From contig JAFSOZ010000003.1 in NCBI GenBank assembly GCA_017443175.1, forward strand, positions 289,892 through 353,891: a DNA stretch of 64,000 bases, in the 5' to 3' direction. Below the pieces are notes generated by a model. It searched no databases. It saw nothing but the letters and a program-made list of their open reading frames with translations, and was not told the DNA's origin. Positions 25,758 to 35,238 of this stretch are shown here, in pieces. The position numbers and the translations under genes are program-made. Within the stretch, counting starts at the first letter, position 1. The number at the start of each line of letters is the position of its first letter. The stretch comes from Bacteroidales bacterium. Its GTDB lineage: Bacteria; Bacteroidota; Bacteroidia; Bacteroidales; WCHB1-69.

Positions 25758-28700
25758 TTAAAACGCATATTTCAAATGCAGCAGAATCTGCCACGTGTTC
25801 GACAAGTTGTTGTAGAGCGACCACGTTGACGTAGTGAAAGTGTATTTCCCGTTCTGGTTGTCATATTTCAACACCACTTCGTTGTCCAGCACTTTGTAAG
25901 CGCCCCACTTACTGCAGAAAAGGTTGCCCAGATTATTGAAATCGACACCAACGTCGATGGTATGCTTGTGACCTTTGATATTGAAGTATATCTCCTGCTC
26001 CACCTTGAAATTGATGCGGTTCACCCAAGGTGCCTTACCGCCGTTGCGGATGGAATATTCGCCTCTGTGCTTGCTTAAATAATTGTCGTTGCTGATGAAC
26101 TCTTCGAAAGCATTGCGATTCTCCTCGGAGACGAATGGCATAGCCGCCAGTTCTTCGGAGGTGGGAATATACATCAACTGCAAACTGTTCATTCCACTGG
26201 CATAGTCAATGAGGTAAGAGCGGCGGGAACGATAGTTCACATTATAGATTCCCATGTTCAGACCTTCGTAGAAAAGACCGAGCCGCGTAGCCGTGTGTGG
26301 ACCTTCCTTGATGTTGTATCCAATGGAGGCAATCACACGGTGAGGCGCAACATAGCCTGTAAGCCCGAGTTCTGGGCTGTTGCTGCCATTCACACTGGCC
26401 GTATTTGCCAAACTGGAGACTTGGTCACTTATTCCGTCGGAGATTGTCCTCGCATTGCTTAATGTGTAAGCCGCCATCAAATTCAGACCAAAACGAAACT
26501 CTTTGGTCAACTGGGCGGTAAGAGATACATACTGTCCGTGCAGTTTTTTCTCGTTGTAGAGATAGTATCCGCTCATGTAAGAGCCATCACTATTGGTAAT
26601 GCCCTCGCTTGCGTAGTTGGTACGGGTATTGGGTTCTCCAGGAAGCGATATCGTACCGTCTTCCTTATAACCTAACACCTTGGCATACACTTCGTTGAAA
26701 TTAAAAGAATAGACAGCCTCCAAAGTGGCCTTGATATCGCCAGGAATCACAAAGTCCAAGGCCAGGGAGGATTTCCAACTGGTAGGCATGCGCAGATCCT
26801 TTGCCAAAATGGTGGCATTGGTAGGTGCTGGCAGACTGGTCCGGTTGTACTCCTGACCATGGTGGACGCTGTTGATGATATTCGAAAGTTCGGGGTCGAA
26901 GTTCACCACATCCTGTCCTGTTTCCAGATTGGCGATGTATTGGTATTGCAAGCAATTGGAGTTGCCCGCTGCACTCACCAGCCATACGTTAGGAATACGG
27001 CCCGTAAAGAGGCCTGTACCGCCACGAAGGATGACTTTACGCTTGTGCGTGATATCCCAGTTGAAACCGACACGCGGGGAGATATGGTAGTCAACATTCG
27101 GTACATCGTCGGTGCTAAGTCCCGCAAAAGAGCTGTTCGGATTCGCTGCCGCAATTTGATCAAACTCGACATTGAGATTGTTGTAACGGAAACGGACAAA
27201 AGGCGCCTCCAGACGGAGACCGACGGTGAGTTTGAAAAACTTGCTGAATTCCATGTCATCTTGAGCGTAAATGGAAATCTGGGAGTGGGTGAAAGTTGGA
27301 AAAACCTGCTCAGTAGGATTGTCTGTATTGGCATGGGTAATCATGAACAATGAAGGTCCGGCACCTTCCTCACCGTTTGCATCTGCAAGGAAAGACTGCC
27401 ATGAATCATAGACATACCAGCCGGCACCGCCTTGCATGAAGCCGTTGACAATACGGTTCCATTCAAACTGCGCACCAGTCATGATATTGTGGATGCCTTT
27501 TTTATAATTGAATTCATCGGTGAGCGTGATGGTATGAACGCGGCGAAGGTTGTTATAGGTGAATGGATCCGGACCAAATGTTGTGAACAGAGCTAACTGC
27601 GTGCTACCATCCGCGGCAGTATAGGGCTCCAAAATATCAACGGTCGGGAAATAGCCGCCCACGAAAGTGCGTGGTTCATTTTGCAATGACCAGGTGATTC
27701 GGGCCATATTATTGCCTTGTCCGTTCAGCACATGACTGTTGAGTTCCGCCGCCAGGGAAGTAAAGTTCTGTTTCTGGCAATAGCGGGCCGATTCAAACGG
27801 CATCGAATATTGCGAGTTACGTCCAGCATTGTCGCGGTTCACTGTATAGAGCTCCCCGTTAGACAGAAGTGTAATGTTGCTTCCTCCCAATGGGTTGAAA
27901 GAGCTGGCCGCAGGGTAAGGTGTGGAGACGTGTGTGTGTGATAAACGGATGTTGAACAGATTGTAATCGTTGATTCTCCAATCAAGACGTGCAAAAGCCC
28001 TGAAGTCGGGGGTTTTCACCGTATAGTACTCGTAACGTCCAGGGTCATAACCGTATTTGTCAACAAGGAATTGATGTATGGCATCCATTTGACCTGTGGT
28101 GGGGCGATTGTAACCGGTGCTGCCACCGTAAGGTTGACTCTCATCCATGCGGGATAAGACATCGGATCCGGCATCATGACTCACCACGTATTCTCCATTG
28201 ACGAAGAAGAAAAGCTTGTCTTTGACAATGGGACCCTCGAGAGTGACACCAATGGTATTGTTGAGGGTAAACGGAACGGCCAACCAGGCATCACCAACTC
28301 GTTTCCCTTGCAAATCATCATTGGTAAAGTAATTATAAACAGATCCATGCCATTTGTTTGTACCATGTTTGGTAACCATGTTGATGGCACCGCCTAGGAA
28401 TCCGCTGTGGCGGACGTTGTAGGGAGTGAGGTTGACACTGACCTGGTCGATAGCCTCAAGGGAAATCGGGATGCCGCCAGCGGGCAGGCTCGAACCTATG
28501 CCAAAAGCGTTGTTGAATGAAGCCCCGTCCACAGTAACAAAGGATCCCCGATAGTTGGCACCGCCGAACGCTGCTCCGCCTTCCGTTATCAGACCCTGCG
28601 GAGTATATCTCAACATATCGTATAAGCTGCGACTCACGGAAGGCACCGTCACGATTTCGCTGCTGTTGATGAGGATGCCTGCGCCCGAGCGGTTGATATT

Positions 28701-29129
28701 CATGGAGGATTTCTCTCCGTCACCGAAAATGGTAATCTCCTCAATCCGCTGTGAGGTGCGGGCTAATTCCACATTTACAACTACGGTCTCACCGATAGGG
28801 GCCACGACATCGTGTACTATTGCGGTTTGGAAATTGAGACGTTCCACTCGAACCGTGTAGGGACCTCCCACTAAAACATTATTGATAATAAAGTTACCCC
28901 TCTCATTAGAGAAAACATAATAGTTCGTACCTGTGGGACCGTGCACAACAGTGACCACCGCGTTCGGGATAGGATTCTTACCATCACTGACATTCCCCGA
29001 GATGGAAGAGGTGGTGATCTGCGCCGTCAGTGGCAAAGCCGTCAGCAGCAAGCAGAATGCTAGCACGATGGCCGACAATCCTGTTCTATTTCCGTTGTTT
29101 TCACTAAAAAATCGTAAAATATAAGCCAT
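25758..29129 (-). CDS. TonB-dependent receptor, Oar-like (N-terminal carboxypeptidase-regulatory-like domain; no adjacent SusD)
   Basis: SISGNVSDGKNPIPNAVVTVVHGPTGTNYYVFSNERGNFIINNV..., then plug and barrel, with a terminal ...LLHLKYAF aromatic end. The track start 29135 is TTG; the first ATG is 29129. Confidence 0.85.
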   Translation of the reverse strand: MAYILRFFSENNGNRTGLSAIVLAFCLLLTALPLTAQITTSSISGNVSDGKNPIPNAVVTVVHGPTGTNYYVFSNERGNFIINNVLVGGPYTVRVERLNFQTAIVHDVVAPIGETVVVNVELARTSQRIEEITIFGDGEKSSMNINRSGAGILINSSEIVTVPSVSRSLYDMLRYTPQGLITEGGAAFGGANYRGSFVTVDGASFNNAFGIGSSLPAGGIPISLEAIDQVSVNLTPYNVRHSGFLGGAINMVTKHGTNKWHGSVYNYFTNDDLQGKRVGDAWLAVPFTLNNTIGVTLEGPIVKDKLFFFVNGEYVVSHDAGSDVLSRMDESQPYGGSTGYNRPTTGQMDAIHQFLVDKYGYDPGRYEYYTVKTPDFRAFARLDWRINDYNLFNIRLSHTHVSTPYPAASSFNPLGGSNITLLSNGELYTVNRDNAGRNSQYSMPFESARYCQKQNFTSLAAELNSHVLNGQGNNMARITWSLQNEPRTFVGGYFPTVDILEPYTAADGSTQLALFTTFGPDPFTYNNLRRVHTITLTDEFNYKKGIHNIMTGAQFEWNRIVNGFMQGGAGWYVYDSWQSFLADANGEEGAGPSLFMITHANTDNPTEQVFPTFTHSQISIYAQDDMEFSKFFKLTVGLRLEAPFVRFRYNNLNVEFDQIAAANPNSSFAGLSTDDVPNVDYHISPRVGFNWDITHKRKVILRGGTGLFTGRIPNVWLVSAAGNSNCLQYQYIANLETGQDVVNFDPELSNIINSVHHGQEYNRTSLPAPTNATILAKDLRMPTSWKSSLALDFVIPGDIKATLEAVYSFNFNEVYAKVLGYKEDGTISLPGEPNTRTNYASEGITNSDGSYMSGYYLYNEKKLHGQYVSLTAQLTKEFRFGLNLMAAYTLSNARTISDGISDQVSSLANTASVNGSNSPELGLTGYVAPHRVIASIGYNIKEGPHTATRLGLFYEGLNMGIYNVNYRSRRSYLIDYASGMNSLQLMYIPTSEELAAMPFVSEENRNAFEEFISNDNYLSKHRGEYSIRNGGKAPWVNRINFKVEQEIYFNIKGHKHTIDVGVDFNNLGNLFCSKWGAYKVLDNEVVLKYDNQNGKYTFTTSTWSLYNNLSNTWQILLHLKYAF

Positions 29130-29163
29130 AATCAAAATGTTGCAAATCAGGATATAAAATATT

Positions 29164-29230
29164 CATCTTGTTAAATACCAGTAAGATATAATACAACAAA
29201 GAAAATAGTTATCCAATATTTAACAAGATG
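29164..29230 (-). promoter_or_regulatory. 14-bp perfect inverted repeat (catcttgttaaata / tatttaacaagatg) with a 39-bp spacer in the leader of the TonB-dependent receptor
   Basis: Arms at 29164-29177 and 29217-29230, read directly from the sequence. They lie between a candidate -7 box and the receptor ATG. Confidence 0.45.
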
Positions 29231-29231
29231 C

Positions 29232-29239
29232 CAAAATTA
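29232..29239 (-). promoter_or_regulatory. -7 promoter box TAATTTTG (minus) for the TonB-dependent receptor
   Basis: Plus-strand caaaatta, about 100 nt upstream of ATG 29129. Confidence 0.4.
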
Positions 29240-29263
29240 CAAAAAAAATCCCAATGCCGAGTG

Positions 29264-30832
29264 CTAACATTTCAGCTCAAGCGAAGATAATAGAGACATG
29301 GCCGTTTTCAATCCATCGATGGCAGCACTCATAATGCCTCCTGCATAGCCCGCACCCTCGCCTATGGGATAGAATCCGGGGAGTGTACACATACGGTCCT
29401 CGCCACGTATCATGCGCACAGGTGACGACGAGCGAGTTTCCACGCCGGTGAGCACTGCATCAGGGTCGGCGAAACCAGGCATTTTGCGGTCGAAAAGGGG
29501 CAACGCCTTGCGCAGAGAGTCCACTACATAATCGGGCAGACAGCGATGAAGGTCGCAGAAACAGACCCCATGGGGATACGAGGGTTTCACGCTGCGGTAC
29601 ATCTGCGCTATCTTATCCTGCAGGAACTCGCCCACCAAATTGCCGGGTGCACGATAGTCGCCGGCCACTTCGAAAGCCAGCCGCTCGTATTTTTCTTGAT
29701 AGTCGAGTCCATCCAAGGGGCTATTTTTCAGATAGTCTTCTGGGTTAACATTGACCAGCAGGGCGCTGTTGGAGTTGGCCTTGTCGCGTTTGCGCTCGCT
29801 CATGCCGTTGGTCACGATGGTGTTGGGCTCGCAGGCGGAAGCCATTACCGTGCCGCCGGGGCACATGCAGAAGGTATAGACGCTCCGGTCTTCCAAGTGG
29901 ACAACTCCCTTGTAAGAAGCCGGCGGCAGAATTCGCGCCGCCTCGCCATACTGCATACGGTTGATACGCCGCTGCTGGTGCTCAATGCGCACACCCATGG
30001 AAAACGGTTTGGCTTCCATGTCCAAGCCCCGCTTGTAAAGTTGCTTGATGGTGTCGCGCGCCGAGTGGCCCAGACCGAGCAACACATGATGTGTTTTGAT
30101 TTTCAATCCGGGCTCACAAACCAGTTCTATCACATCTTCCTTCCGGTGAAAATCCTTGAAAGTCGCATTGAAGTGAAACTCTCCGCCCAAAGATTCTATC
30201 TCCAAACGCATGTTCCGCACCACTTTCTCCAGATAATCGGTCCCTACATGTGGGTTCTGCATATAGGTGACATCCTCGTGGGCACCGTGCTTATGGAATT
30301 CTTTCAACACAAAATCATTGTACTCACTATGCACATTGGTGTTCAGTTTGCCATCGGAAAAAGTTCCTGCCCCACCCTCGCCAAACTGCACATTGGAGTT
30401 GGGATTGAGCGTTTTAGTGTACATGAAGTCGGACACAGCCCGCTTACGGTCCTCAATTTTGCCGCCTCGCTCCAAAACAATGGGTTTGGCTTGGCAACGG
30501 GCGAGGTACAGTGCAGCGAACATGCCAGAGGGACCGAAACCGACCACCACGGGGCGGAGGTCGTCTTTCCACAATGGATACTCCACCTCAACCGGTGGTT
30601 TCAGCTGAGAGACACCATCTTTTTCAAGAAGCGAGGCATAGCTGTCGGGCAACGTCACCGCCACTTGATAATCGTACATTACCTTGTTCTTCTTGCGGGC
30701 ATCAATTGCCTGGCGGAGCACACGGAAGTCCTGGACATCCTCGTGGCGGATATGATACTGCTGGCACACAGCGTTTTTTACATTCGGATTCGCCGAAACG
30801 GGGATGCGGATATTGGAGAGTTTCAGTTTCAT
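29264..30832 (-). CDS. FAD-dependent protein (COG2509-type NAD(FAD)-utilising dehydrogenase)
   Basis: VVVGFGPSGMFAALYLARCQAKPIVLERG dinucleotide fold. C-terminal GFYPIGEGAGYAGGIMSAAIDG. ATG 30832. Confidence 0.8.
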   Translation of the reverse strand: MKLKLSNIRIPVSANPNVKNAVCQQYHIRHEDVQDFRVLRQAIDARKKNKVMYDYQVAVTLPDSYASLLEKDGVSQLKPPVEVEYPLWKDDLRPVVVGFGPSGMFAALYLARCQAKPIVLERGGKIEDRKRAVSDFMYTKTLNPNSNVQFGEGGAGTFSDGKLNTNVHSEYNDFVLKEFHKHGAHEDVTYMQNPHVGTDYLEKVVRNMRLEIESLGGEFHFNATFKDFHRKEDVIELVCEPGLKIKTHHVLLGLGHSARDTIKQLYKRGLDMEAKPFSMGVRIEHQQRRINRMQYGEAARILPPASYKGVVHLEDRSVYTFCMCPGGTVMASACEPNTIVTNGMSERKRDKANSNSALLVNVNPEDYLKNSPLDGLDYQEKYERLAFEVAGDYRAPGNLVGEFLQDKIAQMYRSVKPSYPHGVCFCDLHRCLPDYVVDSLRKALPLFDRKMPGFADPDAVLTGVETRSSSPVRMIRGEDRMCTLPGFYPIGEGAGYAGGIMSAAIDGLKTAMSLLSSLELKC

Positions 30833-30850
30833 AGCAAGTGTTATTTTCTG

Positions 30851-30871
30851 TGCAAAAATAGTATTTTTGCA
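30851..30871. promoter_or_regulatory. Back-to-back divergent -7 boxes forming a 21-bp perfect palindrome
   Basis: tgcaaaaata-g-tatttttgca. The minus box 30853-30860 serves ATG 30832. The plus box 30862-30869 serves ATG 30887. Confidence 0.5.
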
Positions 30872-30886
30872 CGCATAAAAAACATC

Positions 30887-31438
30887 ATGCCCAAACTGCA
30901 CGAATTATTCTGGTCCTTTTTCAAAATCGGGACATTCACCATCGGTGGCGGATACGCCATGATACCGTTGATGGAGCGGGAGATTGTGGACCGGAGACAA
31001 TGGATGGACCGGGAGTCTTTCATGGACATTATGGCAGTGTCGCAGGCCATGCCGGGCATTTTCGCCGTGAACATGGCCACGAATGTGGGTTATCGTATGC
31101 GCGGGCATCGCGGGGTGGTCGTCTCCATCATCGGCAACATTGCCATGCCCATCCTCATCATACTCGGCTTTGCCACCTGTTTCCGTTTTTTGAAAGACAA
31201 TCCTGCTTTTGAAGCTGTCTTCAAGGGCATTCGTCCTGCTGTTGTAGCTCTGATTGCAGCACCTGTGTTCAACATGGCCAAAACGGCCAAAATCAGTTGG
31301 CGGAACTGCTGGATTCCGTTGGCAGCCATGCTCTTGATATATCTGTTAGGTCTGTCGCCCGTCTGGATTATCCTTTCGGCCATCATCGGAGGCGTATTAT
31401 ACAGTAAATATTTAGAAAAGAAGGAGGTACAGCCATGA
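30887..31438 (+). CDS. chrA: Chromate transporter family protein (short-chain CHR, first half)
   Basis: MPKLHELFWSFFKIGTFTIGGGYAMIPLMEREIV. This is the true gene at the 3' end of the spurious 630-aa track ORF 29546-31438. Confidence 0.85.
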   Translation: MPKLHELFWSFFKIGTFTIGGGYAMIPLMEREIVDRRQWMDRESFMDIMAVSQAMPGIFAVNMATNVGYRMRGHRGVVVSIIGNIAMPILIILGFATCFRFLKDNPAFEAVFKGIRPAVVALIAAPVFNMAKTAKISWRNCWIPLAAMLLIYLLGLSPVWIILSAIIGGVLYSKYLEKKEVQP

Positions 31439-32010
31439 TATTCCTTCGTCTCTTTCTTACATTCCTGAAGATCGGTGTCTTCAGCTTTGGCGGAGGTTTG
31501 GCCACCATCGCGCTCATACAGCATGACGTAGTGGAAAAGCAAGGCTGGCTCACTTCGCAAGAGTTCACCGACATTGTGGCCACCTCGCAAATCACGCCGG
31601 GACCGGTGGGCATCAACACGGCCACCTATACAGGCTACACGGCCATCGTGAATGCGGGGTATTCGGAATGGATGGGGGTTCTCGGCGCGTTCATTGCCTC
31701 TTTTTCCGTCATCTTGATTCCTGTCATTTTAATGCTCATCGTCAGCAAGTTCCTGCTGAAGCACAAGGACAACAGGACCATCGCAACCACCATGTCAGTA
31801 TTGCGTTTGGCCGTTGTCGGACTTGTTGCCGCCGCCGCGTTGCTCCTGGTCACTCCGGAGACTTTCGGCAACGTTTCGCCGCAACTGTGGATCAGTATCG
31901 GTATTTTCGTTGTGGTATTCATTGCATCTTTGAAATTCAAGGCAAGCCCTATTCTGATGATACTGCTCAGCGGCGTGGCGGGGTTCATCGTTTACGGGGT
32001 GATACTGTAG
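31435..32010 (+). CDS. chrA: Chromate transporter family protein (short-chain CHR, second half)
   Basis: FLKIGVFSFGGGLATIALIQHDVVEKQGWLT. ATGA overlap with the preceding half. Confidence 0.85.
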   Translation: MIFLRLFLTFLKIGVFSFGGGLATIALIQHDVVEKQGWLTSQEFTDIVATSQITPGPVGINTATYTGYTAIVNAGYSEWMGVLGAFIASFSVILIPVILMLIVSKFLLKHKDNRTIATTMSVLRLAVVGLVAAAALLLVTPETFGNVSPQLWISIGIFVVVFIASLKFKASPILMILLSGVAGFIVYGVIL

Positions 32011-33047
32011 TCTCCAATCTCTTCCAGCAAGATATACACGGGCAGATGGTCGGCGAACCCGCCGATGTAACGCGGACCGAGAAAGGTACGATTGGTCTTC
32101 ACGCCGCCGTATTTCTCATCGGGCACCAACAGGAAGGGTGCTTGGTAGATATGGGGCAGGTGCTGGAATATACGAAGTTTGTTTTTGTCAAAAAGAAGTG
32201 CGCGGGAAACAATAATCTGGTCAAGGCATCCCCAGAAATCCTCATGCTTGTGAGAACCCACATTATTCTGATTCACAAAATAATACATTAAGTTAAAAAG
32301 GGTGTCGCCAATATTATCAGGGCTATATTTTCGGGCGCGAAGATGCTTTTCCATGCTCTCGTCGGTGGCATAGTCGTTGAAATCGCCTATGAGCAGGATA
32401 TTGGCTTCTGGATTATCAATCAGCACAGAGTCCACCACTCTTCGTGCCACATCGGCGTAATAGTTGCGTTTAGGAATAGTGGCCGCATAGCCGCCGAAGC
32501 GCGAAGTCCAGTGGTTGACGATGACATGGAGAGAGTCGCCGCAGGGAAACTGGGCAAGAGCGTAGAGCAAGTCGCGGTTGCGAGTTTTCGGTTCGAAGGG
32601 AAATTGGACTGGCACTTTGTGCTCGCGCAGGATGCGGACGAGACTGTCGCGGTACAGGAGGGCCACATCCACGCCGCGGCGGTCGGGCGAGTCGTGATGC
32701 ACATAGCGGTAACCGAAAGTCTTAAGTGGCGATCGGTAGCAGAGGTCCTTGAGTACCCGTTCGTTCTCGATTTCAGCAAGACCGACAATCGCTGGAGGCT
32801 TCCCCTGCCCCATGGCAATCAACACTTTAGCCACATTGGCGATTTTCTTGTAGTACTTGCCATACGACCAGTGGTAGGCACCTGTAGGCGTGAAATCGTC
32901 ATCACGAGTGAGGGAGTCATCGGAGGGATGAAAGAGGTTTTCCACGTTGTAGAATGCGACCAACAGGGTGTCGCGTTGCGCCGGGGCACACAAATGCGAT
33001 GTGCACAGCAGCAGACAAAGTGCAAGAATTTGTTTTGTTTTCATCAT
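31992..33047 (-). CDS. Secreted endonuclease/exonuclease/phosphatase (EEP) family protein
   Basis: Signal peptide, then LLVAFYNVENLF... and ...NHWTSRFGG.. / DHLPVY motifs typical of the EEP fold. Its 3' end overlaps the convergent chrA by 19 nt. Confidence 0.75.
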   Translation of the reverse strand: MMKTKQILALCLLLCTSHLCAPAQRDTLLVAFYNVENLFHPSDDSLTRDDDFTPTGAYHWSYGKYYKKIANVAKVLIAMGQGKPPAIVGLAEIENERVLKDLCYRSPLKTFGYRYVHHDSPDRRGVDVALLYRDSLVRILREHKVPVQFPFEPKTRNRDLLYALAQFPCGDSLHVIVNHWTSRFGGYAATIPKRNYYADVARRVVDSVLIDNPEANILLIGDFNDYATDESMEKHLRARKYSPDNIGDTLFNLMYYFVNQNNVGSHKHEDFWGCLDQIIVSRALLFDKNKLRIFQHLPHIYQAPFLLVPDEKYGGVKTNRTFLGPRYIGGFADHLPVYILLEEIGDYSITP

Positions 33048-33071
33048 ATATTAAGAATTTCAAAGTCGCTG

Positions 33072-33079
33072 CAAAAATA
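33072..33079 (-). promoter_or_regulatory. -7 promoter box TATTTTTG (minus) for the EEP gene
   Basis: Plus-strand caaaaata, 25 nt upstream of ATG 33047. Confidence 0.5.
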
Positions 33080-33157
33080 ATAAATATTTCAATATATTGA
33101 TTTTCAGTATTTTATTAAGAAATATTTGTTAAAAACAAAGGATTATGGGAAAATATT

Positions 33158-33165
33158 TATCTTTG
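33158..33165 (+). promoter_or_regulatory. -7 promoter box TATCTTTG for the 33192-40233 gene string
   Basis: TAnnTTTG match 27 nt upstream of ATG 33192. This argues against the longer track start at 33126. Confidence 0.5.
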
Positions 33166-33191
33166 CAGCCTTATTCATAATTTGGATTAAA

Positions 33192-33938
33192 ATGTCTATT
33201 ATTGTCAACAACGTCACCAAGGTTTTCGGCGAACAATACGCCTTGGATAACGTTAGTTTTGAAGCCAAGAAAGGTGAGATTGTAGGATTCCTGGGTCCCA
33301 ACGGCGCGGGCAAGACTACCATGATGAAAATCATCACTTGCCTAATCCCCCCCACCCAGGGAAATGTGTCGGTTTGTGGTCTGGACATCTGGAAAGATTC
33401 ATTGGAATTAAGGAAGAAAATCGGCTATCTTTCAGAGGCCAACCCTCTTTATTATGATATGTATGTGCGAGAGTTCTTGGAGTTCATCGCCGGCGTGCAC
33501 CATTTGTCAGACGTCAAGGCCAAGGTAGCCAACATTATAGAGAAGACCGGTCTCACACCTGAGGAGCATAAGAAAATCGGGGCTCTGTCGCGCGGATTCA
33601 AGCAGCGTGTAGGCATCGCGCAAGCACTCATCCACGACCCTGAAGTGCTGATTCTTGACGAGCCCACCACCGGTTTGGACCCCAACCAGCTCATCGAGAT
33701 ACGCGAACTCATCCGCTCTTACGGCAAAAGCCGCACTGTGTTGCTCTCCACCCATATCATGCAGGAAGTGCAGGCCATGTGCGATCATGTCATCATCATC
33801 AACAAAGGCAAACTGGTGGCTGACGCGCAGGTGAGCGAACTGCCTACCATGGCTGAGAAACTCGGCCTTAAACACGCCTCCGAACTGAACGCTTTGGGCA
33901 TGGAAGAACTCTTCCAGGCTTTAACGCAAAAACAATAA
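33192..33938 (+). CDS. ABC transporter ATP-binding protein, GldA-like
   Basis: GFLGPNGAGKTTMMK Walker A, LSRGFKQRVGIAQAL signature and LILDEPTTGLD Walker B. The overall pattern matches Bacteroidetes GldA-type ATPases. No permease gene is adjacent. Confidence 0.85.
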   Translation: MSIIVNNVTKVFGEQYALDNVSFEAKKGEIVGFLGPNGAGKTTMMKIITCLIPPTQGNVSVCGLDIWKDSLELRKKIGYLSEANPLYYDMYVREFLEFIAGVHHLSDVKAKVANIIEKTGLTPEEHKKIGALSRGFKQRVGIAQALIHDPEVLILDEPTTGLDPNQLIEIRELIRSYGKSRTVLLSTHIMQEVQAMCDHVIIINKGKLVADAQVSELPTMAEKLGLKHASELNALGMEELFQALTQKQ

Positions 33939-33941
33939 TTC

Positions 33942-35219
33942 ATGCGCAGACTTCTACAACCTCTTCTCAAAACCGACGGACACTACCAGACCATCTCATT
34001 CGAGGAAGCTTACGAACAGATTGCTACCCACAGCAAACTGGCGAACAACAACAGCACCTTGGTCATGGCCTCTGGTGATTATTCCAACGAAGAGTTGTAC
34101 CTCATCCAGCGTCTTGCACGCACCGGCCTGCACACCAACGCCATCGGTTCCTTTGATTACTACAAACGAGGAACCGCTTTTTTCATCGACAAGAACGACA
34201 TTGTGCCGTTTGCCGAACTGTTCGGCGCAAGCGCATTCTACACCCTTCTGGATGCAGCATCCACGGCACTGTCACAGAAAACAGCTCTGGAGATTTTACA
34301 AGCATGCCCTGATACCCCGCGATACGATTTCAACACACCGGGGCATCTCAGTATCCGGAATTTCGGTGACTTTTTCCGCTGCATCAACCAGTATATCCTG
34401 CGCAACGACCTGGCCAAAGGCATTTACGTGCAAGGACTGGGCAAGAATTTCGAAACCTACAAGGCGCAAATCCTGACGGAAGACCTCAACCTGTTGCTGG
34501 CCTCCAATCAACTGACCGAAGAAGAAATCCGGTCGTTTGCGGAACGACTGCTGCGTGACGAAGCGCCCGTGTTTGTGATGTGGGAACGTTTTTTGGATGA
34601 CCGCGCCGTGATAGAGCTTGAAAACCTCTGCATGTTACTGGATATCCAAGCCAAGCCATCCTCCGGATTTCTATGTCTGAAAGCCGAGCTTAACTCGCAG
34701 GGACTGTTCGACATGGGCTTGTTTCCTGACATCTGTGTCGGCGGGGAGCCTTTTGACGACGAGCATCGTCAGGTAATGCAGGAACTGTACGGCCAAACCG
34801 TCTGTACGGAGCCCGTGAATCTTCATGAGAAAATCATGACACAGAAGTTCAACCAATGTTATCTTTTCAACGCCACGGGCACAGAAATCCCCCAAGACAT
34901 CATGGAGACCGCGAAGCATTGCTCCTGGAGTATGCTGCAAACTGCGTATTGGGACAACGAACAGGAAACCTTCGATTTGATTTTGCCTGCATCCTTGCCT
35001 GAGGAATGCAACGGCACTTTCACCGATTCGGCGCGCGCCGCACACACCAGCAAAGCCGATGCCACCTGTCCCCTGCCCTACGACAACATACAATTGATTT
35101 CTAGTATAGGAAAACATTTCGGACTGCCCGCATTGGACACCCCTACCGACATTTTCATGGAATACATCTCGTTCTTCCACGCCGGATGCCGCAGCCAGCA
35201 GAGACATTTCTTTAGATAA
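33942..35219 (+). CDS. Molybdopterin-oxidoreductase-fold protein resembling the cofactor-less C-terminal part of NuoG/Nqo3; lacks the Fe-S N-terminus
   Basis: LLQPLLKTDGHYQTISFEEAYEQIA...NEELYLIQRLARTGLHTNAIGS, and near the C-terminus DLILPASLPEECNGTFTDSARAA. Compare the NuoG/Fdh patterns P.vr.dG....sW.eA and vvLPa..f.E..Gt..n.egr. No CxxCxxxC cluster is visible. The assignment is tentative. Confidence 0.5.
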   Translation: MRRLLQPLLKTDGHYQTISFEEAYEQIATHSKLANNNSTLVMASGDYSNEELYLIQRLARTGLHTNAIGSFDYYKRGTAFFIDKNDIVPFAELFGASAFYTLLDAASTALSQKTALEILQACPDTPRYDFNTPGHLSIRNFGDFFRCINQYILRNDLAKGIYVQGLGKNFETYKAQILTEDLNLLLASNQLTEEEIRSFAERLLRDEAPVFVMWERFLDDRAVIELENLCMLLDIQAKPSSGFLCLKAELNSQGLFDMGLFPDICVGGEPFDDEHRQVMQELYGQTVCTEPVNLHEKIMTQKFNQCYLFNATGTEIPQDIMETAKHCSWSMLQTAYWDNEQETFDLILPASLPEECNGTFTDSARAAHTSKADATCPLPYDNIQLISSIGKHFGLPALDTPTDIFMEYISFFHAGCRSQQRHFFR

Positions 35220-35238
35220 ATTATTAAATCCTATCAAT

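Noticed and set aside
29546-30886. 5' 447 codons of the 630-aa track ORF 29546-31438
   Set aside because: This part is antisense to the FAD-dependent gene. Only the last 183 codons (from ATG 30887, preceded by a -7 box) look like a chromate transporter. The fusion is a chance open frame.
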